DNA from: Vicugna vicugna
Taxonomy: Eukaryota
Length of the DNA stretch: 64,000 nucleotides
Assembly: GCA_013265495.1 (NCBI GenBank)
Contig: MU058654.1
Span: forward strand, 434,001 to 498,000
Reading direction: 5' to 3'
Below are positions 36,201-48,134 of the stretch, one piece after another. The position numbers and the translations under genes are program-made. The notes below the pieces were generated by a model. That model had not been told where the DNA came from. It ran no database searches and saw only the letters and a list, made by a program, of their open reading frames with translations. How positions within the stretch are numbered: position 1 is the stretch's first letter; each line of letters starts with the position of its first letter.

Positions 36201-39200
36201 GCATTTTAAATCTTATGTCATTTCTCTTGATACCATCGACTAGAAAGTAAGGGAGTGAGTTCAGTAACCTCTTAGATCCATGACACTGGGTGTATAGTTG
36301 GCACTGCCATCACACAAAACCCCAGATCATTCTCAGTCAAGGACACTTGAAATTTCTACCTCCATAATGAATTATGAAGTAAGGAAAAAGCCTGTTTGCT
36401 TATTGCATATCCTAATGCCGAGACGAATAGAACATTCTGATTATTGATTTTTATACCATTTCTCCTTTTCCTGATCTACCCATAAAGTCTCTAAAAAAAA
36501 AATAGTTCCATCGTATTAATAGGTACTGCTACAGTTTTTGATTGCTTTTGTAAAGGACGGTACATCATTTCCGAGAAATACAATGACTGCAGGATAAAAC
36601 AGAGTGATGTCACCCTAATTTGAGTATGAAATTTCACCTTAGTTTTCCTGAAAAGAAAACGATTTTTGATGCTTTGCTTTGAATACATACTTAACCTAAT
36701 ATGTCACAGGAAGATAAGAAAGGTTTGATTTGTTTTTTGGAAGACATTTTCTGTATTACTATTTAGTGAAGGATGACATAATTTTCAGTTCTGTGAATTT
36801 TCTAGACCCGTTTTAATTAAAGTCATTTTATTATTTGAACTTTTCAAGACCCCTGTATTGAAAACTCAAGAGAAAATGGTTGGCTGTTGGTTTTTCACTT
36901 CTGGTCCAGTCTCACTGAGTGCCAAAATCGAAAGAAAGGGCTACTGTAATGGTAAGCAAGCCAAGTGCCAGATTCATTCATTTTTAGCTAATTTTAAGTG
37001 ATTTTTTAATAGCGTGTTTTGTAACATATGACGTGTGTACTATTTTAAAACATGGATAATAATATTTTATGATTTTGATATAAATAATTGATCTTCAACT
37101 ATTTATAAAATGGATGCATCGATCCCAGTAGTCCCAGTATTTCTGACTTCAGTACTGTTACTTTCACGGCAAAGACTACATTCTAGAAGAGTGGGAAAAA
37201 TGCCAGTATTTTATTTTAATGTTGCAAAAGGATGTCCCGAGCATTGTCGCTCAGAAGAGAGCTGTTGTGATATGAAAATGCTGTTCGGTGATGACTCTGT
37301 GCTGGGAATTCAGGGATACAGGTGGGGCCAGAATGGAGAACGTCAACACTTAGGAGTTGGATTGATAACCTGAGAAGGGCCCAATTCCGTACAGTGGGTT
37401 TGGCCCCCGCTCTGGGGTTCTGGCTTGTTGGGAGTGAATATGGGATGGAATGGAGTGATGGTGGATGCATAATGTGGATATGCAACCTGCCTGCTCCAGC
37501 CATTGCTTTATTAATGCCTGAAAAGAAAAGGCTTTGTTGTCCTACTGGGCAGATTTTAATTTGTTAGGTATTAATATGTTTGTTAGTGATCTTTTGTCCT
37601 TATCATAGTACTGAATCATTTATTTGTATGTCTTCTCTTAACTTTTATATATATTGGTCATTTACAAATCTTTAGAGTTGGTAGCCTAATATGGCTACAT
37701 TAGGCAAGTGAATAATGCAATAATGAGAAAACAGTGTCCACCACAACCTGCAGTCAATTTTCATCTCTCTGACTCGGATTTACACGGTAAGTTTTCCAAC
37801 AGGGTCCTCAATTTGTTGAAGTAATGTTGCAGCGTTTCAGCTTTCACCAGTAACAGCTCTGTCCACCTTGGTGAGAACATTCTGGAGCCTCTGAAGGTGT
37901 TTCTGTTTTCTTTCTAGGAGAAGCTATTCCAATCTATGCAGAAATAGAGAATTGTTCCTCCCGTCTGATCGTTCCCAAAGCTGCCATTTTCCAAACCCAG
38001 ACGTATTTGGCCAGTGGGAAAACAAAGACCGTGCGGCACATGGTCGCCAACGTGCGAGGAAACCACATCGCTTCCGGGAGCACCGACACGTGGAACGGGA
38101 AGACTCTCAAGATCCCGCCCGTGACGCCGTCCATCCTGGACTGCTGCATCATCCGGGTGGACTACTCCTTAGCTGTGAGCACCCCTCTTTTTTAAGCTGA
38201 AGACGTGCAGACGGGAGCCGTAACTGGCCCCGTGTCACTGTGAAGATGTGCATGTGCTGCCCGGGGCAACATCATTTTATACCAGCATGACAGGCTGTGA
38301 AATATATGAAGATGGGCCTTTGTTTTTTAATCAAAAAAGCTATCCCCCTGATGGGATTTTAGTTAAACAACGTGGAAAAATGAAGGTGCATTCAGGGGTG
38401 CTTGTTACACAGCACACATGGACTTAATTTTCTTTGGTGGTTATGTAAGCTGAGCTCACTTACAGTGAGCTATGTTGAGGCCTCGGTTCCCCATCACAGA
38501 GCAGTCACGATGTTCTGTGCACTCTTCGTTTGATTTGTTCTTCGTCTGATTCGGTCAGGACAGTTTACAGCTGTGTTGGGGGTGGTAGCCGACAACAAAA
38601 GCATTTGTTTCTGTGAAAGAATAATTGGGCTGTTCACTATGAGGTTTCACTTATGTTTGTGCCTTTCTCTTTTTGTTGTTGTTTTGCTTTGTTTTTGCAT
38701 ATTAGGTGTATATTCACATTCCTGGTGCTAAAAAGTTAATGCTTGAGCTGCCCTTAGTGATTGGCACGATTCCATATAACGGTTTTGGCAGCAGAAACTC
38801 CAGCACTGCCAGCCAGTTCATTATGGACATGAGCTGGTTGACACTGACTCTGCCAGAGCAGCCCGAAGGTAAGTAGCACGGAGGTCCTTCTACGTACAGA
38901 GCGCCTGAGAACAGGGCGTGCGAGACAGCAGGTGGGCAGAGGATGCTTGCTGCTGCCAGCCCACTGTCCTTCCTCTTGCCATTCCGAACAATCCTAACAC
39001 ACTGTTCCCGGAAGGCACTTTGAGAGGTTAGCTTCTCCAGGACACGAAGCTGCCAAGGGCAGATGCAGAAGTACAATCTACATCTCCTGATTCCAATCAG
39101 TGATAGTAAAATCATGGAAAATAATCAGGAAAAGAGTATAGCGTGTCATGGATGTATTTTCAGTAGCCACATTTCTGGGATATTTTTTACGTAGACTCAC

Positions 39201-40018
39201 ACACGCATCTCAGTAAGACTAGATTGTAACCACGGTGAGTAATACTTTAATAAAAGCAGAATCCGTTGAACATTTCTTGTTGTAAAGGACACAAAGACTT
39301 TCTGATTAGAGGCAAAAATACCATCGTTTTATCTTCAAATTAAGCTAAATGTCTTGTTTCTATAGGAGTTCAGAAGAGATTACTGCAACTCGCTTCTGCC
39401 TGCATTTCCTAACTCCAGCTCCATTTCTGTTTCAGCTCCACCAAACTATGCAGACGTGGTGTCAGAGGAAGAATTCTCTAGACACGTGCCTCCTTACCCT
39501 CAGCCCCCGAACCGCGAGGGCGAGTCATGCTGTCCCATGTTTGCCTGCATTCAGGAATTCCGGTTTCAGCCTCCGCCTCTTTATTCAGAGGTAAAGCCAA
39601 GCAAAGTTAGACTTGGGTTGTGTTGTCTGTGGATCGTCCCCTGTAAGCACCTGTTGTTGATCCCTAGTTAGTAGAGGATGTATGCAAAAAAGTGTTCCAG
39701 GGATGACAGATTACCGCTGGTCCGTTTACCAGATTTTGCAGCGTTTACTGTGTGATCCGTAGCATGCACGTCTGGCACGGTGGGTTGCCTTTAAGGCGTT
39801 CTATGTGGCCACGGAATACAGAGGATTTAAGTGGCCTCCTGGGACTTTCTAATACTAGGCTCTACGCAGCCTGGCTAATGCCCATCGTGCGATCAGAAGT
39901 AGACCCTGGGGCCGTGGTAAAGGCCGCCGCAGTAGTCACATCACGCTGCTCACTTTTGCAGGTGGATCCACATCCTGGCGACGTAGAAGAGACCCAGCCC
40001 GTCTCCTTCATCCTCTGA
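29940..40018 (+). CDS. ARRDC4: Arrestin domain-containing protein 4, spliced CDS join(29940..30228,34323..34389,34611..34758,36849..36951,37918..38174,38706..38868,39436..39590,39962..40018), 1239 nt / 412 aa
   Basis: Spliced translation MGGEAGSAAVMGSEGRVKSLGLVFEDERKSCYSSGETVAGHV...QPGKHEFPFSFQLPSEPLVTSFTGKYGSIQYCV...PPNY...PPPLYSEVDPHPGDVEETQPVSFIL* matches mammalian ARRDC4 as I recall it; exon lengths 289+67+148+103+257+163+155+57 keep the frame. Confidence 0.97.
34323..34389 (+). CDS. ARRDC4: ARRDC4 exon 2
   Basis: Poly-T tract then ag|; encodes (G)EGILLLQPGKHEFPFSFQLPS(E); donor gtgagt. Confidence 0.96.
34611..34758 (+). CDS. ARRDC4: ARRDC4 exon 3
   Basis: tttcag|; encodes PLVTSFTGKYGSIQYCVRAILERPKVPDQSVKRELQVISRIDVNTPALL; donor gtaagt. 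Confidence 0.96.
35832..36021 (+). mobile_element. Poly(A)-tailed LTR-like retroposed fragment in ARRDC4 intron 3
   Basis: Two related internal units (gcact(ct)gtcta..gagt...atctacttttact), AGTAAA at 35993-35998, A12 tail, flanking repeat AATTGG. Confidence 0.6.
36849..36951 (+). CDS. ARRDC4: ARRDC4 exon 4
   Basis: ttcaag|; encodes TPVLKTQEKMVGCWFFTSGPVSLSAKIERKGYCN(G); donor gtaagc. Confidence 0.96.
37918..38174 (+). CDS. ARRDC4: ARRDC4 exon 5 (arrestin C-domain)
   Basis: tttctag|; encodes (G)EAIPIYAEIENCSSRLIVPKAAIFQTQTYLASGKTK...DCCIIRVDYSLA; donor gtgagc. Confidence 0.96.
38706..38868 (+). CDS. ARRDC4: ARRDC4 exon 6
   Basis: attag|; encodes VYIHIPGAKKLMLELPLVIGTIPYNGFGSRNSS...LPEQPE; donor gtaagt. 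Confidence 0.96.
39436..39590 (+). CDS. ARRDC4: ARRDC4 exon 7, encoding both PPxY motifs (PPNY 39438-39449, PPLY 39573-39584) that bind WW domains of NEDD4-family ligases
   Basis: tttcag|; encodes APPNYADVVSEEEFSRHVPPYPQPP...QEFRFQPPPLYSE; donor gtaaag. Confidence 0.96.
39962..40018 (+). CDS. ARRDC4: ARRDC4 exon 8, coding part
   Basis: ttttgcag|; encodes VDPHPGDVEETQPVSFIL then TGA. Confidence 0.95.
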   Translation: MDPHPGDVEETQPVSFIL

Positions 40019-42690
40019 ACACGTTTCAGAAGTCACTGTGTTCATCGTCAAGTTAGAATGTTGGTTCCTTCCCCCTGCCTTTTTGGGGAAGGGGGAGGGA
40101 AGATTAGCTTAAGAACATAAACGAACGTCAGGACTGAAGGTGGTAGAAATTAAAGACTGCGTGAACTTCCCAGTGGGCCGACGGGAGTGTTGCACAAGTT
40201 TGTGATGTGGTGACGTGTCCCCTTGGAACAGCAGGATGAAAATGGGAAAAGTCGCAGAGTGTAATGGACGTCCTGATGGTGGCAGAGTAAGTGAAGGGGC
40301 GCCCGTGCTGACCCCAAGGGAAAGGTGTCTGTACACAGTGGGAGCACCATGCGAGCCTGTCCTTACAGAGGTTTCTCAGAGCAGAAGACAAGTGTCCTGA
40401 GCTTTAAGGCAACGTGGACTCACTGGGAGAGACTTGACTTTGGAGAATGTATGAGCAGAAGGGTGGGTGTGAAGAGGGAAACGGCCCACTCTCAGTACCA
40501 AGTGAGACCCTCTGACAGCAGGGTCTTCGTGATTTCTTACCACATCCCATGGGACTGAAGTCCTGAAAAGAATCCTTTTCTGAGATCATGGTCTTATGAG
40601 GTCCTAATGAAGCAGTAGTTTTCACTCTTTCAGTAGTAGTTTAAAATGTAGTTTATAGGTTGGCTCTACAGTATTATGAAACCAAGAAGGAGTTCTTTGA
40701 AAGGCTTGTCAGTTCAAAGGGGAAAGGTGAATTTCAATATGAAAACCCACTTTGTTGCAGGTTGCACTTTTTACCCTCTTTAAGTACTTGAGCAGGGTAC
40801 GTGTTTGATTTTCCTCGTGTCTTATTTACCTAGAAAAAGAAGGGATTAAAAAAAAAAAGAAAGCTTGCATCCTTAAGATGCCTTGATAACTGCACAGGAG
40901 AAAAAGAAAAAGAGAAAAAAAGGCCTTTTCTTACCTACCTCTAGTGGGGTTGTCAGAATCAGATACGTTTTAAAACTCTAGGCCTGGTACATCTCCTTGG
41001 AGTTTCTGCTGATTTGTAGTCGCAGCCTCATCTTACGCATCACTAACTCTGAAACTGGACCAAGGGCGAAATCTACACAGTCAGCATTAGGTGAAAGTAT
41101 CTGCATACTGAAGGGTATTTCAAAATAAATGCAAAATCAAGAAGGTTAGAAACACCATTTTGCAAAAGTCAGAAACCTAATTTCCGTCGAGAGACTCAGG
41201 TCTCCCGACGGCAGTCACCGCGTTACACACTGTTATCCCAGTTCGTCCGTAATTCTATTTAAACTGTGATTTTCTGCATTGTTTTGGTGCAATATTTTGT
41301 TATCATTTAACCTCAGGATATTCAAACCAACAAGATTGTGTTGCTGCTAGAAGTCTGAGCAGTGTTCTTACTGTCCACCCTCCCCTTTCAGTTGTTGGGT
41401 TTTGCTTTGATCTGTTGGTTTGGGGGGCTGATACCATTTCTGGACACTAAGTAGAAGGGAGGTTAGGGATTCCCACAACAGAGTCAGGACCAGTCCGGTA
41501 CCGCGGTCTTCTCCGCATCCTAAGGGTTTGATCTGGAAACCCTGGTGCTTCCCGTGTGAAATACTGTACTTCATTCAACCAAAAGATCAGTTTTCCCGTC
41601 AATCAGTATATTCCGTTAGAAATAGAAAAGTTCTAAGGTTAAATTTTGTATTTAAAGATTAGTTGGCCATTTGATCAGGGATTTTTATACAAACACTAGG
41701 TAAATGTACGTTTTTCACCCTCCTAGACTTACCTCTCTTCTCTGTAATCATGTGAGCATCCGTCATAAGCCACTGTTGAAAATTACTGTTGAAAATCACA
41801 GTGCAAACTGTTAACAGCAATCATTGTGGTACTGAAATTGTCACAAAACTTTATTCCTTGCTTTGGTTTTTAGTGATCTTTTATTTTGCCTTGTCTTTGT
41901 GTTTTAGCTATGGATATTTAAGTCTAAGCAGTTTTATTTTTACTCTAAAGAAGATCACCTTCAGCTATTTCTTGTCTAAGTTGTAGTTTACGTGTGTAGT
42001 CAAGACAGGGTCCATCTCCGTGATGCCAACACAAAGTGAGAGAAACAGAAGAAAACGGTCTGGAGGAAGAGAATGTTGAATTATCTGGCTCTGTGCAGAA
42101 AAGCAGCTGCTTCCTAGAATCCTTCATCAGGATTGTGTTTTCACCTTTATTACTGAAATCATGAGGCATGCCCACCAAATTAAAGCAAAGTTGGTTTGTA
42201 GCACTTAAGAGAACAGCTGAAAGGTATGAGCTGCCTTATTGAATGGATATTGGATATCTGACCTTACGCAGTAGGTTGAAACTGTATACCTTTTTGTAGA
42301 AGATTCTACATTGGAACAGAGAATTCTTAGGAAAGAAGATGAAACTTTAGCTGCTGTTACTTGCTTGTTTGTTCTCCTGTTTAGTTTGCAAAGAAACCGT
42401 GGCCTTAGAATTTTCTTTTTGATGCAAAAATTTTGAAATTGAGAATGTGCACCTTTGGGCACACAAAACCCTTCCATGGGCAGAACTTTCCTGTTTTTGT
42501 TTTGCACAATCAGAAACTCAATAGGCAGGGGTTATGTTTTTGATAAGTTACCTATGAAAGCTTTTTATTTTTATTATAAAAATGTAACACTTTAACCCAC
42601 AGAGGAAAAAAAAAAATAAAGATTGTATTTTGTACTCTTATCTGAACCCCATGGGTTCCTTTTGTTAATAAAATGATTACACTCATGCTG
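40019..42690 (+). other. ARRDC4: ARRDC4 3'UTR (~2.7 kb, end approximate)
   Basis: Stretch without recognisable repeats from the stop codon to tandem AATAAA signals and a U/GU-rich tract. Confidence 0.75.
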
Positions 42691-42735
42691 TGAGTTGCTC
42701 GTAATGTTTTTGTTTTGTTTTTTGTTTTGTTTTTC
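42615..42735 (+). terminator. Polyadenylation region
   Basis: AATAAA at 42615-42620 and 42667-42672, followed by a (TGTTTT)-like downstream element at ~42705-42735. Confidence 0.8.
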
Positions 42736-43832
42736 TAAGACTGTGACTTAAATTGTTACAGACAGAAGGGAAAACAATACCGGGAGACAAAATGGTACTG
42801 CTGTTAAGATCCTTTTGTAAAAATGTGTGCTGTCCTCAGACTGGGCACAGCCCTGGGCAATTCTATGCCTGTTTGTACGGTGCACTCAGTTTCCCCAGGT
42901 GATCAGGTTTTTAGCGTTTCGTGAAAAAGAGCCCTTGGGATGAGTAATGAAGCTTAAGCTCTGTTGGTCAGTGAGAGAGCATTCTCTCCATTCATTCTCA
43001 AATGATAATGGCTACTTCTTTAAAGCTTTTGGAGCTTTCCCGTCTGGCCAGAATCTTTCCGGGATTGATTTAGTAGGTCTGGTGGGCAGTGAGTGGACTC
43101 CTACCAGGAGACACCGCTCGGTAAACCTCCCCTTGCCAAGTACACACTCAGATGGACAAAAGCCATATGTTTTGTGCAGGGACGATGCAACGATTTGTCA
43201 TCTCAGAAAAACTGCCCTGACCCTCTGCCCTGGAAAATTGTAAACCTTAGCTAAAAAATGAGGTAGAAATTAGCCCAAGAAATTTACTCTCCAAGTGTTT
43301 ATAATGTGTGAGATGATGTTAAATAGTAAATCTTTTCTGCATCCACATTTGCACTCAATGTAAATTGAAATATTTGTCTCAAAAAAAATTTTGTCTCATG
43401 CAGTAAATATTGAAGCAAAACTTATGGCTATTAAAGTTTCTGCAGTTTATATTGTAAAGTTGTGGGTTATAAAATTTAGAACAAGGAGATCATTGCAATC
43501 TAGGACATAACCCTCATGTTACAAATGAGGATACCAAAACCCAGAGATATAACCTGAAAATTTGGCCTACATTCTCTGTAAGGTTCTTGCTCACTTTAAA
43601 AGTCCCTGCTTGTGCAACTCGAATAGAAGTTACAGAAACAGTAATTGCTTTAAATTACGCAGCTCAGGACTTGCAGACCTAGACGAAGCACATGCTTAAT
43701 CAAGGGTCTTCAGCATGTTTACCACAAAGCCCTGCCTATGTACAGAAAGGACACCAGTCTTTGACTGAATTGCTTCATACGTCGGTTTGATTGGTAGCTG
43801 GAATCCTTTCCTCAGCAGGGGCATTTGTTTCC

Positions 43833-44365
43833 GACTTTACAATTTGAAATAATTACAGACTCACAAGAAGTTGTACTCATAGTACAAAGAGATCCTGTGT
43901 GCCCATCACCCGGTCTCCCCCAACCATAACATCTTACGTAACCATAACGCATCATCAATATCAGGCAATTGACACTGACGCAGCACAGAAGGATTAGCTG
44001 GAGTCCAGGCCGTCCTTGGATTTCAGCAGTTTTTGAATGCGCTCATTCTTGCACATGCTTTTGATGTATAATCTATGACGTTAGCACATGTCTAGGTTCA
44101 GATCCCCGCCACAATCGTAGTAAAGAACTGCTCCATCACCACAAAGAAACTCCCTTGGGCTGCCCTCTCTGCAGTCACACCCTCCCCTCCCCTAACCCCA
44201 GTCTGAACTGTTCTCTGTCTCTGTAATGTCATTTTGAGAATGCTTAGATAAATGGGATCATTAGGTACATGCCTTTTGCAATTGTCTTTTTCACTCAGCG
44301 TAGCACCTTTAAGATCCATGCAGGTTGTACGTATCAATAGTTTTTTTCCTTTGTGTTTCAGCTGT
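43833..44365 (-). mobile_element. L1MB/L1MC-type 3' end
   Basis: tttgaaataattacagactcacaagaagttg...tttcactcagcgtagcacctttaagatccatgcaggttgt. Related fragment at ~27790-28000. Confidence 0.7.
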
Positions 44366-45389
44366 GACATTAAAAAAAAAACCATATTGACTATAACTTA
44401 AAAATTCATCTTGCAATTTGCAAAGAAAATGGATAAGACATATGTGCACACGATACCTTTGTAAATATTTTGGTTTTCAACTTGAGAAACTCCCTTTTTT
44501 GTAGAAAATATAGAAACGCAGGTTTACACAAACTTAGGGGCTCATTCTTTGCTTGCCAAAGTACATGAAGTATTTTACCTTTAAATAGCAAGCCATTGCA
44601 TTGTAAATGAGCAAAATACACCTGTGACGAAAGTCTATACCAAGGAGAAAGCATCCCGGGCCATCTATCCCATCAGCTTCTGAATCTGATAAGTTTTAAT
44701 ATAAATCACACAGGAAAGAAAATACATTTTTGTTGTTGTTGTTGTTGTTTTAAATTTTGGGAGATTTTTTTTCTTGTCACTTTAATTCCTTTCTTTCCAG
44801 TCCCACTTCTTTGTATCAGGGGTGAAAAGCCCGTTTAGAAGCTGAGAAAAATTAACTAGAGAATGTACACTTAATGAACAGTATTATAAAACATGGACTT
44901 AAGACTATTACATTTTCCTAAACTAGAGAATGTGTTTTATAGAAGCCATTACATATGAACCTAACCAGCTTTTCCCTAAAACAAGATGTGAATCTGTCAG
45001 TGATGGAAGGAATCAGCAAAACTGAAATCAGAGTGAAAGGGGAGAAGTGGTGACCAGCGCCAGTTTCCAGGATGCCGCTATGACAATTCACAATAAACTA
45101 TTTCTTTGGTGGAGCTATTTCTGTGTTTATTGATGCAGTTTTCATAGAACCAGGATGTCCCACGTGGACAGGGAGAGAGAGGCTTTAGGCAGCATCTCCC
45201 AATGAAAACAAGTGAGAACTGTTCCCTTCAGACTTGCAAGCATTGCCCTAGTACAGGGCTGCGCACGCACACGCACACCCCTGACCTCTTACCATTTCAT
45301 CCTCACTCTTCACCCCCAGACCCAGGCTGGCTTTATTCAACGAAGAAGGCAAGTTCTGTTAACCAAAGACAGAAACAGACAGTAGGTAC

Positions 45390-45863
45390 TGTGAACGAAA
45401 ATACTGCAACCATATCAGTAAACAAAAAATGCTGAAAGCAAGTCATCAGTGGCTGCTGCCACCCCACAGTGGGGACGGGCCTGCAGCCCGGCCCCTGCAG
45501 CCACTCACAATGGTGCCCTCTGAGGGGACTCAGAATAAGAAAGGACAGGACACTGGCCCTAGATAGCTAGATGCTTGTCAAAGGAATGAATTCAGTGAGC
45601 CCAAATGCTTGCTCCCTTCCGTACACAGAAGAGCGCTGAATTCTTTAACTTGAGATGCCTGGTTTTCTTTAGGTAAAAAGCAATCTTTTATTCTTCCAAT
45701 TACCTGATCTTTGTTGTAAAGTTCCTATATATCCTGGCTCCCCCCTTACCTCTTCGGAGCAGTCCCTCAGAGCCATCTGAGGGGCTGTCATCCCGGCTCG
45801 AGTCCTCCCGCCAAATAAAACATAAGTCTCAACTTTCAGGCTGCGCATTTGTGTCAGTCGACA
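45390..45863 (+). mobile_element. ERV1-type solo LTR
   Basis: TGTG...GACA termini, 4-bp TSD GTAC (45386-45389 / 45864-45867), TATATA at ~45726 and AATAAA at ~45814. Confidence 0.88.
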
Positions 45864-47917
45864 GTACCTACTTCCCCAGGAGAAGCCATTTTTCTCCAAC
45901 TTCCTACCAGTCTCCCCCTAGGCAGTACAAGACTAGCAGAGAGGTGTTAAGGAAATAGTCAATGAGTAAACTGAGGGCAGCAAATTTATCTTTCTTCTTT
46001 CAAAAGTGACTTCAAGATACTATAGCCATTTCCTCACTCAGACCCCAGCATCATATCTATTTAACGAGTAAGGGACATAAAGTGTCCTTTATGTCCAAAC
46101 CAAACACCAACACTACCCTTAGCATTTACTGTGTTCTTCACACACACGCACTCCTTTATCATGACATCAAGACGCCCATGGTTTTTGATTTTGTCCTTCA
46201 ATCTTAGATGCCAGGATCCACCTGAGTCCATGTGATAAGCGTTCAGTGTATGAAAGCACGTTTGTATTAGCTCTCACTGCAAATACTCAGTCTTGCCTGG
46301 ACTGGTTTATTGAGTTGATTCAAGTTAAGTATAAAGGTTAATGGTCTATAGTCAATCAGCTTACTTCAAAATACAACATGTGCGTGCGCGCACACACACA
46401 CACACACAGAGATGCTGTTTCTTGCCTGGAAACTTCCCCTCTCAGGCAAGATAGCTATCAAAAATTATACGTTTGTGTATCCAGGAACTCAAGAGAGGGC
46501 AGATCACCCTCACCAATTCATCCTACTACTAGGAGATGGCGGAAGACGAGCACAATTTTTTGTAGCTGATATTCTGGTGGGCAGTAAACAGATGAGGGTT
46601 AAGGAAGCTTTCAACTAAACAATTCCATATTTCATGCACACCCTGAGTCACAGCAGGCAGGAAGTTGAAAGCAAAACCTTACTCTTGAACCATAATAGTC
46701 CTCAGCATCATTAAGAGGATCTGGGCATCCTTGTGAGAACGTGTAAGACGCTACACTGGATATTCAGTCTCTCAGAGCTTCACTGCAGATTAGTTTTAAT
46801 AGTTTCAAGAAAGCTGAGATTGTGGAAAAACAGCTTAGGAACCAAAGCACTTGCACAATTTTTTTTCTCCTGCCTAAATTAGAACAATTTCAAGTACATG
46901 TATGTGTAGATACAGGAGGAATATAACTTCAAGCAAAAGTCTCTGGTTTCCTTTATCTTCCTTAGGAGAGGATGAAGTCAAAGATTCCTCCTAAATCTCA
47001 GAAGAGAACCAATTTCTACAGAGGTGGATTTGAAAGCAAATCTCAGTGTTTGTTATTCCATTCTCAATTTAACATCTGGCCCTTTGAGATAAATGCAGAA
47101 TTCTAGGTACTGAGGAAAACTGTAGCAACAAATGCCCACTTTTATCTCATCTGACATAACAAAAAGCCTCAGGAATGATGTCAAAAGATAACTTATCTCA
47201 AACATATAGGGCGGGGAAACACCAACAGCTCTTCCTCTAAGACGGGCAGGGTCACATCAGATAGATGGGATGTTTTTAAGAAAATTAATTGCATTGCACT
47301 TGAAGCCGTTTTCAAACAACCAGCTCCAGAATCGTCTTCCCAGAAACAAAACAAGGGTAGCCCCTGCTGCCAGTGGGAAGATGTTTTCAACAGCATCTTC
47401 ATTAAACCAAGGGATTTCTGATGGTCTCAGATTTGCTTCTGATCACAACACAGAAGCCTCGTGGGGAAGAACTGAGATGGTGGTAGCCAGGCAACCTGGC
47501 CATTAACCTTCTTCCTCCAGCCTCGCCCAGTCATAGTCAGCCTGATGGGTTCCCAGATAAACTGTCCCTCAGCAGGCTCCGAGGCAGAGGCTGGGAGCTG
47601 GAATGTGACTCATTGTCCCAAGTCTGGTCTCAGCCTGGCTCACCCGCCGTGCTAAGCCGGCATCTCCTGCTGACTGGGGGACCCACATGTAGGGCTGGGC
47701 ACCTCCTCCCTGGCGGGGGAGCCCTTTCCCGGGGGGGCAGCCTGCGTAACTGAGACCCACACCCTCAGTTCCAACACCAGGACCCCCAGGGAGAGGAAAG
47801 TACAAGAAATTCATTAAACCAAGGAGTAAATCAGAAATGCTTCCATCAGCAAAAATGAGGGCTCCCTGTATCAGATAAGTTCCCTGGAAGAAATTGTCTT
47901 TTTCGATGGTTTGTGTT

Positions 47918-47949
47918 GGTTTGGGTTTTGGGTTTGGGTTTGGGTTTGG
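47918..47949 (+). repeat. (GGGTTT)n hexamer microsatellite
   Basis: ggtttgggttttgggtttgggtttgggtttgg. Confidence 0.9.
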
Positions 47950-48134
47950 CACATGATTTTGGTGAAGAAAGTTGACAGCTCGGAGACTCTTCTCCCACCT
48001 CACCCAACGATTGCTTTTCCTCATCCAGGGGGACCAACCTGTCCTGTTCGTCTAGGACTTTCTCCCCATCCCAGGACCCCTTCCTTCACAGACAAACTGG
48101 CAGAATCAGTCACTGTATCCTTACCCCTGATTAC

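Noticed and set aside
39752..39961. Intron 7 ORF in frame with exon 8
   Set aside because: No promoter evidence; most likely a chance open frame before a normal acceptor
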